From an uncultured Nitrososphaerota archaeon (GTDB taxonomy: Archaea; Thermoproteota; Nitrososphaeria; Nitrososphaerales; Gagatemarchaeaceae), in the NCBI GenBank assembly GCA_963718895.1, contig CAVRAG010000007.1:384001-448000 (forward strand): 64,000 nt of DNA, given 5' to 3'. The position numbers and the translations under genes were made by a program. This document shows, in pieces, positions 45,150 through 55,132 of this stretch. Below the pieces are notes generated by a model that was not told where the DNA came from, ran no database searches, and saw only the letters and a program-made list of their open reading frames with translations. How positions within the stretch are numbered: position 1 is the first letter of the stretch; every line of letters starts with the position of its first letter.

Positions 45150-46184
45150 CTACCAGTCCCGCTCGACGGAGTAGCGGGCGATCTCCTCCAGCCTCTGGAC
45201 GGCCTCACGCTCCCCGGGCCACGGGATGGTCCTCAACGTCGCCAGCGCCTCGTCGAGGAGGTGCGCGGCCCTCTCGTTGGCGTAGGTCAGGACCCTGTAC
45301 CTCTCTATCATCTCGAGGATCTCGTCGAGGTGCGCCTTCCTCTCCTCCCTTGGCATGGCGAAGAGCTCGATCATCCTCTGCTTCTCCTCGCGGGTCCCGA
45401 CCTGGAGCAGCCTGATCAGGATGAGAGTGCGCTTCCCCTCGAGGAGGTCGTCGGCGTACTGCTTCCCGTACTTGGCGCCGGCCGAGAGGTTGAGGACGTC
45501 GTCGTGAATCTGGAAGGCGACCCCGAGCGTCGTCCCCGCGGCTATCAGGGCGCCGAGGGTCCGGGGGTCGGCGCCGGCGGCTATCCCGCCGAGGCGCATG
45601 GGGCTGATGACGGTGTACCAGGAGGTCTTCTTGGTGCACATCCTGTAGTAGTCCTCCTCCGAGATCCTCCAGTTCTTGGTCACGACCCAGCTCAGCTCCA
45701 TCTGCTGCCCCTCGGTCGTCTCGTTGATCATCCGCGCGAACTCGTCCATGACGTCGAGCGTCCTCTCCCCGCCCAGACGCTCCCTGTTCCTGAGCAGGGC
45801 CTGCCACATCCGGCCGTGAAGCGCGTCGCCCGTGTTCAGGGCGAGCGTCCAGTCGTACTTCCTGTGCAGGGCCGGCGCGCCCCTTCTCAGCTCCGAGCCG
45901 TCCTCGATGTCGTCGTGTATCAGTATCCAGTTCTGAAAGAGCTCCAGGGACGCGGCCGTCATGAGGACGTCTCCCTCGCCGCCTCCGAAGGCCCTGCAGC
46001 TGGTCACGCAGATGAAGGGTCGCATCCCCTTCCCTCCCCTCTCGGGGTAGTCGCGCATCATCTTGTAGAGCAGCTCCACCTCGGCGATCGTGTGGGACTT
46101 GGGAAGGATGTCCTCGAGCAGCAGCCTGTCGACCCGGGACTTCACTCCCTTCATCTCCTCCAGCATCTGCGAGAACTCGACCAT
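45150..46184 (-). CDS. Polyprenyl (geranylgeranyl) diphosphate synthase
   Basis: GGKGMRP, LIHDDIED...RRG, EGQQME, KKTS, FQIHDDVL, DLLEGKRT. Confidence 0.93.
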   Translation of the reverse strand: MVEFSQMLEEMKGVKSRVDRLLLEDILPKSHTIAEVELLYKMMRDYPERGGKGMRPFICVTSCRAFGGGEGDVLMTAASLELFQNWILIHDDIEDGSELRRGAPALHRKYDWTLALNTGDALHGRMWQALLRNRERLGGERTLDVMDEFARMINETTEGQQMELSWVVTKNWRISEEDYYRMCTKKTSWYTVISPMRLGGIAAGADPRTLGALIAAGTTLGVAFQIHDDVLNLSAGAKYGKQYADDLLEGKRTLILIRLLQVGTREEKQRMIELFAMPREERKAHLDEILEMIERYRVLTYANERAAHLLDEALATLRTIPWPGEREAVQRLEEIARYSVERDW

Positions 46185-46186
46185 GG

Positions 46187-47266
46187 TCAATCGACCCAGT
46201 AGGTGAGGGGCGGCGTGACTATCTTCCTGACCGCCTTCAGCTCGGAGACCGTGCCGGCACCGGTGACGAACATCGTGGTCCTCAGCTCCAGGAGCGTGTG
46301 TTCGGCGAAGGCCTCGAGCGCCTTCCTTCCCCTGACCGCGCTCTCGAGCATGGGCCTCGCCATCCCGCAGACCTCCGCCCCCAGGGAGAGGCACTTGGCG
46401 ACCTCGAGGCCGTTCCTCAGCCCGCCCGAGGCGATCAGTGGGACTCGGACGGCGTCCCGGGCCTCGATCACCGCGGCGGCCGTGGGGATGCCCCAGTCCC
46501 AGAAGAGCGAACCCAGCGCCGCCTTACCCGCATCCTTCTGCTCCGTCGCCCTGATCGCCTCGACCCCCGCCCAGCTCGTCCCCCCGGCCCCCGAGATGTT
46601 GATCGCCTTCACGCCGGCGCCCTCGAGCTCGCGGGCGACCTCCCGGCTTATCCCCGCCCCGACCTCCTTGACGATGACCGGTACGGAGAGCTTCTGGCAG
46701 AGGTTCCTTATCGCCGCGAGGACGCCCCGAAACGAGGCCTCTCCCTCCGGCTGGACCGCCTCCTGGAGCGGGTTGAGGTGGACGGCCAGGGCGTCGGCCC
46801 CTATCATCGAGACGAGCTTCTCCGCGTCCTCGACCGGGAAGCCCTTGGCGAGCTGGGCTCCTCCTATGTTCGCGAAGAGGAAGGCGGACGGCGCCCTCTT
46901 CCTCGCCACAGCGTAGGTCCGCGCCATCCCCTCTGAGAGCAACCCCGCGCGCTGGCTGCCGAGGCCCATGGCGAACCCCATCTCCTGGGCGACCTCGGCG
47001 AGGGTCCCGTTGATCTCCTCGGCCTTTGGCGCGCCTCCCGTCATCGAGTCGATCACGATCGGCGCGAGGAGCTTCTTCCCGAGGAAGTTCACCGAGAGGT
47101 CGATGTCTGCCACGTCCATCTCGGGGAGGGCGCAGTGGATCAGGTGGACGCACTCGAGGAGCGTCGTCACCTCCTTCGCCTGGACGTTCTTGCCGAGCAC
47201 CACGTCGATACCTTCCTCCTTCCTCCGGATGATGTCCCGTATCCTCGCGTCTTCGCTCTTACTCAC
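46187..47266 (-). CDS. fni: Type 2 isopentenyl-diphosphate isomerase
   Basis: SMTGG, GSQRA, HLNPLQEAVQPEG, KEVGAG, GAGGTSW, WGIPTA, ASGGLRNG. Confidence 0.96.
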   Translation of the reverse strand: MSKSEDARIRDIIRRKEEGIDVVLGKNVQAKEVTTLLECVHLIHCALPEMDVADIDLSVNFLGKKLLAPIVIDSMTGGAPKAEEINGTLAEVAQEMGFAMGLGSQRAGLLSEGMARTYAVARKRAPSAFLFANIGGAQLAKGFPVEDAEKLVSMIGADALAVHLNPLQEAVQPEGEASFRGVLAAIRNLCQKLSVPVIVKEVGAGISREVARELEGAGVKAINISGAGGTSWAGVEAIRATEQKDAGKAALGSLFWDWGIPTAAAVIEARDAVRVPLIASGGLRNGLEVAKCLSLGAEVCGMARPMLESAVRGRKALEAFAEHTLLELRTTMFVTGAGTVSELKAVRKIVTPPLTYWVD

Positions 47267-48011
47267 GAGAAGGATCCTTGACTGATGTACCGTGAAATCG
47301 CAGACCCTTTAAGGCTTTGGAGAATTCCGCGGGTCGAAAGCCGGACACGAACGCGACCTCGGTCCCCCCGGACGCGATCCTCAGGGCTTCCCTCACCTTC
47401 AGTGCGATCCCGCCTGTCGCGTCCTCCGAGCGGGCGAACTCGAGCGCCGCGGCCCCCTTGGCGTCGACCGTGCGGAGCAGTCCGTTCGGACCGACTATCC
47501 CATCCACGTCCATGACGAAGACGCACCTCTCCGCCTTCAGCTGCTTGGAGAGGAGCAGGGCGATCGTGTCACCCGAGAGGACCCTGAAGCCCGTCCTGTC
47601 CCGGACGACGTCGCCGAAGGTGATGGGGGTCAGGCCCTCCGAGACCGACTCGAGCAACCACGAAGAGCCTCTTCGGCCCGCAGCTGCGAGGAGCGGGAAC
47701 GGAGAGAAGGTGTACGGGTGGAGCCCCTCGGAGATGAAGCAGTCGCAGATTCTCATGTTGAGGTCGAACATTGCGCGCCTCGTCTCGGCGACGCCATCGG
47801 GGGTCCGGCTGGAAGAGCGGGACGACAGGCCGTACCTCTTGGCAACGGGGTGCCCGAACGAACCTCCTCCGTGGACCACGACGGCCTGTACGCCCGAAGC
47901 CGAGATCGCACGTGCGAGGGAGGCGACCGCCGCGGGCCTGAACGAGGAATCCTTCTCCTTGTCGGTGACTATCGAGCCGCCGAGCTTGACCACCACTACT
48001 CGGCTGTCCAC
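47259..48011 (-). CDS. Isopentenyl phosphate kinase
   Basis: VVKLGGSIVTDK, VHGGGSFGH, VLSGD, DATGGI..K. Confidence 0.92.
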   Translation of the reverse strand: MDSRVVVVKLGGSIVTDKEKDSSFRPAAVASLARAISASGVQAVVVHGGGSFGHPVAKRYGLSSRSSSRTPDGVAETRRAMFDLNMRICDCFISEGLHPYTFSPFPLLAAAGRRGSSWLLESVSEGLTPITFGDVVRDRTGFRVLSGDTIALLLSKQLKAERCVFVMDVDGIVGPNGLLRTVDAKGAAALEFARSEDATGGIALKVREALRIASGGTEVAFVSGFRPAEFSKALKGLRFHGTSVKDPSRE

Positions 48012-48929
48012 ACCCTCACCCCTCCGGACGGGACCTCGCTGATGAAGGACCTGAACCCGCGTGGACGCGAGCCGGTCCGCTATCTCGGTCTCCGACTCCC
48101 TGGGGGCGACCCCCAGCACGCTCCCACCTCCGCCGGCCCCCGTCAGCTTCGCCCCGTAACAGCCGTACTCGAGGCAGAGGTCGACGAGCCGGTCCAGCCT
48201 CTCGTTCGAGGCTCCGACCATCGCGAGGACCGCGTGGTTGTAGGTCATCAGCGCGCCGAGCTCCTCGAGGCGGCCGTCCAGGAAGCGCTCGGTCGCCAGC
48301 GCCGTCATCACGGAGGCCGAGTCGCAGAGCTTGGAGAAGAGGTGCGGGTAGTCCTTCTTCATGGATGAGACCTTTGTGATGAGCCGCTTCGAGGACCTCC
48401 TGTCCCCCGAGTAGACCACGAGCAGCCTGATGGGCCGGGGCAGGACCAGCCTTCTCGGCTCCTCGCCGACCCTGAACTGCAGCACTCCGCCGATGGCCGA
48501 GACGGCCACGTCGATCCCTGAAGGGTTCCCGTGGACGAGTCTCTCGCCGAGCATCGCCGTCTCGACTATCGAGGTGGTGTCCATGTTCCATCCCTCGAGC
48601 CTGCTCACGGCCGCCACGGTCGCGACCATCGACGAGGCCGACGAGCCGAGGCCCGCTCCCGCGGGGAGCTCGGACGAGATCACTATCCTCGCTTTCGGCT
48701 CGGTCGACCTCTCCCTGTACATCTCGCGGACGAGCCTCTCCACCGGGAGAAGTTCCGAGCCCGCGCGTCGGTACCGCGAGAGCGGCGTCTCGACGACCAG
48801 GTCTGAGGACGGAGAGGCTTCGACCCTGGTCTTCTGGCCTATGGCGGCCGCGAGGGCGAGGGCGCCGTGGACGACGAAGTGCTCGCCGGTGATGATTACC
48901 TTTCCGGGAGCCTCCGCGACGACCTTCAG
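47996..48929 (-). CDS. mvk: Mevalonate kinase (frameshift near 48060)
   Basis: (M)KVVAEAPGKVIITGEHFVVHG, PAGAGLGSSAS, HGNPSGID, KLTGAGGGG; true C-terminus RGFRSFISEVPSGGVRVWTAE* lies in the shifted frame. Confidence 0.93.
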
Positions 48930-48935
48930 GACGGC

Positions 48936-49775
48936 TCACCTGAAGGTGACCGAGGGATAGCCCACGACCGCATCGTTTTCTCCGGTCGTGTCCCCGCTGC
49001 TTGCATATTTGTGCAATTCACCCCGCTTGAAACCGAGGAGCCGGCTGGCCTCCATCACGGTGGCGATCGCCCCGTACCCGCACGCGGTCACGCGCCTCTC
49101 TTCGAGCACGCCGTAGAACCCCTCGACGTCGAGCCGGAGCACGGGTTCGAGGAGCGCTGTGTCCTTCTCTCTGGCTATCGCCGCCGGCTCGTAGTGGGTC
49201 AGGTCCGAGGAGGCAATCAGGACTGCGTTCCTCCCCTTGAGCAGGACCGAGAGGCCCCGGCCGAGCTCCCTCGCCGTGTCCATGTCCTGGAAGGCGAGGC
49301 AGATGGGGAGGATCTTGATCTCGTGGTATATCTCCTGCAGGAAGGGGACCTGGACCTCCAGCGAGTGCTCCCTCCTCTGGGACTCGGGGTCGTAGTCGAC
49401 GAGGCCGGTCAGCTCGACTATCCTGCGAGCCGCCTCCGAGTCTACCTGGACGTTCCCCAGAGGGGTCGCCCATTCTCCCTCCCGGAAGGTCGAGATCCCC
49501 GACCCGACGCCGTAGTGGTTCGGGCCGACGATGACCGCTAGCTCCGGGCGGCGGAGGGACGAGAGCCACAGGTAGCTGTGGGCCGCGACCGGGCCCGAGT
49601 AGACGTATCCGGCGTGGGGGCAGATGCAGGCCATCACGCCCTTCCGCTCCTCGGCCGACGGCGGAAGCGAGCCGGGCCCCAGCGGATGCATGTACGAGTC
49701 CCGTATGAGCGCCCTGAGGTCACGGGGGTCATCGGGATAGAAGCTCCCTGCGACGGCCGGTCTTCTTGGAATCAT
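48936..49775 (-). CDS. MEMO1/AmmeMemoRadiSam protein B family
   Basis: RRPAVAGSFYP, PHAGYVYSG, GPNH, EHSLEVQVPFLQ, ASSDLTHY, CGYG. Confidence 0.95.
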   Translation of the reverse strand: MIPRRPAVAGSFYPDDPRDLRALIRDSYMHPLGPGSLPPSAEERKGVMACICPHAGYVYSGPVAAHSYLWLSSLRRPELAVIVGPNHYGVGSGISTFREGEWATPLGNVQVDSEAARRIVELTGLVDYDPESQRREHSLEVQVPFLQEIYHEIKILPICLAFQDMDTARELGRGLSVLLKGRNAVLIASSDLTHYEPAAIAREKDTALLEPVLRLDVEGFYGVLEERRVTACGYGAIATVMEASRLLGFKRGELHKYASSGDTTGENDAVVGYPSVTFR

Positions 49776-49839
49776 TCGGTGCCGGCAGGACGGTGGAGGC
49801 TTAAGAGATTTGGGTCGTGAAGCTCCGTGAGGAGCCGGG

Positions 49840-50511
49840 CTACTCTTCTTCCTCTTCGGCGAGGTCGGACTCGAGGAGCTTGGTCTCGAAGTCGTCGATC
49901 GTGTACTTCATCTGCTGGTCGCCGGTCAGTACGCCCGAGTGCTCCTGGACGGACCTGGCGAGGAGCCAGAATATCGCAGCGAGGGCCTTCCTGCCCCTGT
50001 TGTTCCCGGGTATGACCACGTCGACATCGTCGGTGATGTTGTCGGTGTCGCAGACCGCGATGACCGGGATTCCCATCGTTGCCGCCTCTATGAGGGCCTG
50101 GGTGTCGGATGCGGGGTCGGCGACGACGACCAGCTCGGCGTCCAGATGACCGGGAAAGAGCGGGTTGGTGAAGGTCCCGGGCATGAACCTGCCCTTGACG
50201 GCGATCGCCCCCGTGACCTCGCAGAACTTCTCGACGGGGACTCGCCCGTAGTCCTTGCTCGCGTAGACGACCGTGTTCGCCGCCCCGGCGAAAGCGATGA
50301 ACTTGCCGGCGACGTCTATCCTGTGAAGCGTCTTCGAATAATCGATAAGGTGCAGCCCGTCGGGCCTCGGCCTCGTCGTGAACTGCTCCATCGTCTTCGT
50401 CCGTACCTGCGTCCCGATCCTAATCCCCGTAGCGAGAAGAGCTTTTTCGGAGAGCTGCGGGATTACCATCTTCTCCTCCGAGCCGCTCTCTTCATCTCCG
50501 TGTTCTGCCAT
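49840..50511 (-). CDS. rps2: 30S ribosomal protein S2
   Basis: LATGIRIGT, RPDG, GRFMPGTFTNP, DTDN, PGNNRGRKAL. Confidence 0.96.
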   Translation of the reverse strand: MAEHGDEESGSEEKMVIPQLSEKALLATGIRIGTQVRTKTMEQFTTRPRPDGLHLIDYSKTLHRIDVAGKFIAFAGAANTVVYASKDYGRVPVEKFCEVTGAIAVKGRFMPGTFTNPLFPGHLDAELVVVADPASDTQALIEAATMGIPVIAVCDTDNITDDVDVVIPGNNRGRKALAAIFWLLARSVQEHSGVLTGDQQMKYTIDDFETKLLESDLAEEEEE

Positions 50512-50610
50512 GTTACTTATCCCAATTCACCAATGTTGCTGTGTCGAGCCTTTCGGCTTCTCGAGGTACGTCTTTTAAGCGTATTGAGGTCGAGGAAACG
50601 GGACCCCCCA

Positions 50611-51846
50611 TCAGGAGCCCACCCACGACTGGTCGAGAGTCCCGCCCAGCTCCTCGGAGATCCGGATCAGCTCGTTCACCTTCGCCGTCCTCTCGCCCCC
50701 GAGCACCCCGCACTTCATCAGGCCGCAGCCGAACCCGACCGCAAAGTGCGCCAGATGGCCCCCCTCGTTGTCGCCCGAGCGGTGGGAAGCGGTCAGGACC
50801 TGGCCGTTCTCGCGCGCCAGCCTGGAGAAGCTCGAAGCCTCGCCGAGGGACCCGATCTGGTTGACCTTGACGATGACGCCGTTGGTGGACCCGTTCTTGA
50901 TGCCAATCTTCAGCCGCTCAGGGTCCGTGGTGTAGAGGTCGTCCCCGACGACGAGCGTGTCCCTGAGCGAGGAGTGCAGCTTCGCGTATCCCTCGAAGTC
51001 GTCCTCGTAGAGCGGGTCTTCTATGTAGAAGAGCTTGAACCGGTCGCTCAGCTCACCCATGAAGGATATCTGTGCGTCCCTCGTGAGCGTCTTCCCCGTC
51101 GACCTGTAGAAGTAGCCGCCCTTCTTCTCGTCGTAGAGGCTGTCCGCCGCGACATCGAGCCCGACGCGGATCCTCCTCCCCTTCTCGTCCTGGACTCTCG
51201 CCGCCTCCTCCGATACCACAAGCAGTGCTTCTTCGTCAGTGATCCCTGGAGCCCAGCCTCCCTCGTCGCCCCTCCCCAGCGGGTATGCGAGAGACCTTGC
51301 GAGCCGCTTTCCCACGGCCCGGTGGACCGCGAAGTTGAGCTGCTCCGCCTCGGCGACGGAGCCTGCCCCGACCGCCGTGACCAGGATCTCTTGCATGCTT
51401 GGCGAGAGGTCGCTTGCGTGCTTCCCCCCGCCGAGGACGTTCCCGAGCGGGAACGGGAGGCTCGACGAGCGCGGGTCGATGACCCTGCAGAGGGGGACGT
51501 TCCTGGCGCGCCCCTCGGCCTCGGCCGCGGCGACGCTGACGGCGTAGGCGAGCGAGCCGCCTATCCGCGAGTAGTCCCTCGTCCCGTCGATCTCCCTGAG
51601 CAGGCGCGCCATCCCGTCGATGTCTGCGGCGTCGAACCCGATGATTCTCTTCTTGTAGGTCTCGAACTGGGCGATGGTCTTCTCGGAGCTGCCCTCGACG
51701 AAGGGGACCGCCTCACCGCCGCCCAGGCTCGCGCCTGAGGGCGAGAGCGCCCTGCCGAGCTTCCCGTCGACCCTGACGTCGGCCTCGATCCCGAGGTCTC
51801 CGCGGCCGTTGAAACAGACCCTAACACGGACGTCTTGAATCTGCAT
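50611..51846 (-). CDS. eno: Enolase
   Basis: PSGAS, NVLGGGKHA, GDEGGW, GLDVAAD, IEDP, VGDDL, KVNQIGS, SHRSG, ERTAKVNEL. Confidence 0.93.
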   Translation of the reverse strand: MQIQDVRVRVCFNGRGDLGIEADVRVDGKLGRALSPSGASLGGGEAVPFVEGSSEKTIAQFETYKKRIIGFDAADIDGMARLLREIDGTRDYSRIGGSLAYAVSVAAAEAEGRARNVPLCRVIDPRSSSLPFPLGNVLGGGKHASDLSPSMQEILVTAVGAGSVAEAEQLNFAVHRAVGKRLARSLAYPLGRGDEGGWAPGITDEEALLVVSEEAARVQDEKGRRIRVGLDVAADSLYDEKKGGYFYRSTGKTLTRDAQISFMGELSDRFKLFYIEDPLYEDDFEGYAKLHSSLRDTLVVGDDLYTTDPERLKIGIKNGSTNGVIVKVNQIGSLGEASSFSRLARENGQVLTASHRSGDNEGGHLAHFAVGFGCGLMKCGVLGGERTAKVNELIRISEELGGTLDQSWVGS

Positions 51847-51854
51847 CGCTGAGA

Positions 51855-52067
51855 TCAGGGCCCGGGGTTCTTCTGTTGGTAGTACGGGAGGACCTGGTCG
51901 ATGAGGTCCACTGAAGTGATCATCATCCTCCTGCAGCAGTACCTGTTGATCTGGAGGTCATCCAGGACCTTGCCGGGGTCCTCGCCGGCCTTGACCCGGG
52001 TCTCCATCTCAGCGAACTTGTCGCCGATGAGCTTCCCGCAGGTGAAACAGCGGATGGGGACTAGCAA
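51855..52067 (-). CDS. rpoN: RNA polymerase subunit Rpo10 (N)
   Basis: PIRCFTCGK...RYCCRRM. Confidence 0.97.
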   Translation of the reverse strand: MLVPIRCFTCGKLIGDKFAEMETRVKAGEDPGKVLDDLQINRYCCRRMMITSVDLIDQVLPYYQQKNPGP

Positions 52068-52074
52068 TCGATTC

Positions 52075-52497
52075 TCACCGATAACTCTTCTGCCGCTTCC
52101 GCCTGGCGCCCGGGCCCCCGAACTTCTTCGGCTCGGTCTGCCTCGGGTCTCCGGAGAGCAGGTACTTGCTGTAGGCCGTGATCTTGTCCCTGAGGTCGGC
52201 CCCCTTTGTCTGGTCGACGTAGGCCCTTGCGAGAGACATGGCGACCGCGTCGGCCTGGCTCATGAACCCCCCGCCGGAGACGTTGACATCGATGTCGTAC
52301 TTCTCCCTGAAGTCTCCGACCAGCATCACCGGCGAGAGCATGTGAAGCCTCGCGACCTCGGGCTCGCAGATCTCGAGCGGGACCCCGTTGACCCGGATGC
52401 GCCCCTGGCCCGCTCGTATCGCCGCTGTGGCCCTGGACGTCTTCCTTGAGCCTGCGTATAGCTTCGGCTTCGTTCGCTGCTTGGACTGCGACACCAT
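52075..52497 (-). CDS. rps9: 30S ribosomal protein S9
   Basis: [12 protein letters not shown]...[19 protein letters not shown]. Confidence 0.97.
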   Translation of the reverse strand: MVSQSKQRTKPKLYAGSRKTSRATAAIRAGQGRIRVNGVPLEICEPEVARLHMLSPVMLVGDFREKYDIDVNVSGGGFMSQADAVAMSLARAYVDQTKGADLRDKITAYSKYLLSGDPRQTEPKKFGGPGARRKRQKSYR

Positions 52498-52498
52498 T

Positions 52499-52954
52499 TT
52501 AACCAGACCACCCTATGTTCTTCGCGATCTCCGCTATCGTAGTGTAGCTCGGGAGCGGCCTCGTGGCGAGCGCGTCGTCGAACTTGCTCGTCTTCACTCC
52601 GGAGTACTTCTCCGGCACGCCCATGTAGACGCGGAGGCGCCCCATCGCGCTCGTGCCCTTCGCCTTGGTCTTCGGGACCATCCCGCGGACCATCCTGCGG
52701 AGGATGTTGTCGGGGCGTCGCGGGTGTATCGGCCCGTAGATCGGGTTGACGTGGCTGTATATCTCGAGCCTCGCCTGCCACTGTCGGAAGACGCTCTGGC
52801 TGTTTCCGGAGACGAGCGCGTTCTCTGCGTTCAGGACGACGACCTTCTTGCCCGAGAGAAGCTCGAGCGCCACCTTGGAGCACATGCGCCCGGCTATCTG
52901 GCCCGATGCGTCGACGTAGATCGTGTTCTGTTCACTTGACAAGTCTGACACCAC
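52499..52954 (-). CDS. rpl13: 50S ribosomal protein L13
   Basis: VDASGQIAGR...GPIHPRRPDNILRRMVRGMVP...RLRVYMGVP. Confidence 0.96.
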   Translation of the reverse strand: MVSDLSSEQNTIYVDASGQIAGRMCSKVALELLSGKKVVVLNAENALVSGNSQSVFRQWQARLEIYSHVNPIYGPIHPRRPDNILRRMVRGMVPKTKAKGTSAMGRLRVYMGVPEKYSGVKTSKFDDALATRPLPSYTTIAEIAKNIGWSG

Positions 52955-53282
52955 TCCCCTTGGGGAACCTCTTCACGAACTCCTCTATCGTGAGCGCCTC
53001 TCCGCCGGCCGTCTCAATCTTCATCCTCGCCGCGGCCGAGAACGAGAACGCACCCACGACGAGTTTCTTCTCGAGCGGGCCGGAGCCGAGGACCTTGCCG
53101 GGGACGAAGAGCGGGCCGTCGCCAGCGTCGGCGCGGGCGAGATGGGCGACGTTGACGAACGTCTCGTTGAGCGCGCTGGCGCCAAGGTAGGCCGCCGCGT
53201 CCCTCCATATCCCTATCTTCTCCTTCCGCCCGAGCCTCTCAAGCATCACGGCCTGACTCCTCAGGATTTTATTCGACTTCAT
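52932..53282 (-). CDS. rpl18e: 50S ribosomal protein L18e
   Basis: MKSNKIL...IWRDAA...VPGKVLGSG...AFSFSAAARMKIETAGG. Confidence 0.95.
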   Translation of the reverse strand: MKSNKILRSQAVMLERLGRKEKIGIWRDAAAYLGASALNETFVNVAHLARADAGDGPLFVPGKVLGSGPLEKKLVVGAFSFSAAARMKIETAGGEALTIEEFVKRFPKGSGVRLVK

Positions 53283-53939
53283 TCTGCTTTGGCAACCTCC
53301 ACCTTGCTGCTGACCTCGTTGTGCAGGTCCTGGAACTTCTCCTCGAGCTTCTCTATCGCCCTCGTCACGATCTCCTTGGCGGGCATCGACCCCGAACTCT
53401 CGACCTTCAGTATGTAGGAGCCCTCTGGCTTGCCCTCGATGAGGACCGATACAGTCGCCGGCTGCCACTTGGCGTGCTCCTTCGCCCTTCCGAGGCGGGC
53501 GTAGGCCTCGAGCTTGACGGACTGGCCCGCGGCGAGCTTCACTATGGGGATGTTCGCGCTGACGGGCCTGATCTCCCTGTCCTCGGAGACCAAGTCGCCC
53601 GAGAGGACCGTCCGGGGCTTGTCGTGGGCGGCAGCGTCGAGGACTATCAGCACCCTGCACTTCTGGCACCCGAGAGGGTTGCCGCAGTCGCATTTCTCGG
53701 GGAGGACGTAGCGCTCGAGGTCCGTCCGGAGAGGGATCATGCCGAGCCTGTGCGCGAGTATCTCGTCGTAAAGGACGGAGGAGTTCTCCAGTATGACGAT
53801 GTCGTCGATCGCCATCGCCGGGACCTCGGAGATGCAGAAGCGCCTGATGGCGTTGGCGTAGGACCTGTCCACACCCTCAAGCTGCAACTGAGACCTTCTC
53901 ATCGCTCTCCTCGAGCACTTTTATCTTGGGAACAACCAC
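53279..53939 (-). CDS. rpoD: RNA polymerase subunit Rpo3 (D), frameshift near 53890
   Basis: MVVPKIKVLEESDEK.../YANAIRR...EVPAMAIDD..ENSSVLYDEILAHRLGMIP...KEHAKWQP. Confidence 0.95.
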
Positions 53940-53999
53940 TGCTAACAATCACTCCGGCGAACTAGAGTTTCACGAGGGTTGGAGTGGGGTTTAAAAGCA

Positions 54000-55132
54000 T
54001 TCACGCCTGCTTCGGTTCTGAAGTCCGCCAGGACCGGGGAAGACTAGCAGTAGAACGTGATTATCCAGCCCTGCTGTCCACCATACGTCCCGTAGGAGCC
54101 TCCCCAGCCCTGTTGCATGGGCGCGGGAACCGCGCCCTGTGTCCCCGCGAAGAAGTAGCTGCTCCACGTCCCTCCGCCAAGGTTGCCGCTGGGAGCGAGC
54201 CAGGTGTTCCCATATGCGTCCGAAAAGGTAGCGCCCGCTGGCATGGGGACCCCTCCGAGCGTACTCGGACAGACGGGAGCCGAGGAGGGTTGGGGATAGT
54301 TGAGAGCCAGCCCTGACTCAGTCCAGAAGAGGGCGCCCGAACCGAGCGTTCCCGGGAACGTCGTCGGCGACGTGACTCCGCTCAAGGAGTATTCGGCGAA
54401 TCCTAGCCCCGACCCGGAAGAGGGGGTAGAAGCGGTGAAGCCTGTGCCGGCCGTGAACGCTGGGTCCAGCAGTTCGATGCTGACGACACCGAGGAGGAAG
54501 GCCTGTTGCGTGAAGGAGGTAGGGGTCGTTGAGACCGGAGTGCCAAGGATGTCCGGAACGGGCGCTGCGTCAGAGGTGAACGTGGGAGCCAACAGCGGGA
54601 ATCCTGCGCCTGTGCCCGTTGTGGCGCCCGCTGTAGTCACGCCGGAGAGCTCGTAGATGAATATGTCAAGGCCTGCCGGGTCCCCCCCGTTGTTGACGGT
54701 GACCGTAACTGTGTCCGCGCCGCTCGAGGATGCGGTCGCGTAGAAGATCCCCGAGCAGCTAGCCTGAGCGGGGGCGAGGCACCTGTCCACGGCGAAGATG
54801 TAGCTGGAATCCAAGGTATCGCTGACGCTGAAGGACTGAGGGTCCCCCGTTGGTTCGAAGGTACTCGCAGCGCCCACGACGATCAAGTCCCCGCTCGCCA
54901 CATGCTCACCGAATGTAGCGGTCGACGACGTGCTTTCGCAGGAGCTGCATCCTCCGCTCGCCTGCTGGACCAGGGGTCCGCCCACGCCAGCGTGCACGGA
55001 CAGGGGCGAGGCCAAGGCGAGGCAGCTTAACAGGGCTAGTACGGCGACTGAGACCGGCGCTTTACTTGGAATCAGCAAGATACGGAACTGACGTCCTGTC
55101 TGTATTTAACGAGTTCGCACTTTCACGCCTGC
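54000..55132. repeat. 11-bp direct repeat TTCACGCCTGC flanking an inserted gene
   Basis: Identical copies at 54000-54010 and 55122-55132. Confidence 0.6.
54044..55078 (-). CDS. Secreted beta-rich protein of unknown function inserted between rps11 and rpoD
   Basis: Signal peptide, S/T/G-rich beta strands, Cys pairs, Trp/Gly-rich C-terminal domain ending in Cys. Confidence 0.7.
   Translation of the reverse strand: MLIPSKAPVSVAVLALLSCLALASPLSVHAGVGGPLVQQASGGCSSCESTSSTATFGEHVASGDLIVVGAASTFEPTGDPQSFSVSDTLDSSYIFAVDRCLAPAQASCSGIFYATASSSGADTVTVTVNNGGDPAGLDIFIYELSGVTTAGATTGTGAGFPLLAPTFTSDAAPVPDILGTPVSTTPTSFTQQAFLLGVVSIELLDPAFTAGTGFTASTPSSGSGLGFAEYSLSGVTSPTTFPGTLGSGALFWTESGLALNYPQPSSAPVCPSTLGGVPMPAGATFSDAYGNTWLAPSGNLGGGTWSSYFFAGTQGAVPAPMQQGWGGSYGTYGGQQGWIITFYC

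Noticed and set aside
47259-48929. Apparent mevalonate kinase-isopentenyl phosphate kinase fusion (494-aa ORF)
   Set aside because: A natural MVK C-terminus (RGFRSFISEVPSGGVRVWTAE*) exists in the shifted frame and IPK has its own GTG start at 48011; one indel near 48060 explains the fusion.
49939-51738. Long antisense or alternative-frame ORFs (599 aa here; also 26053-27675, 29719-30966, 58531-59739)
   Set aside because: These are shadow ORFs produced by GC3-rich codon usage of real genes; they are Arg/Pro/Gly-rich and have no motifs.
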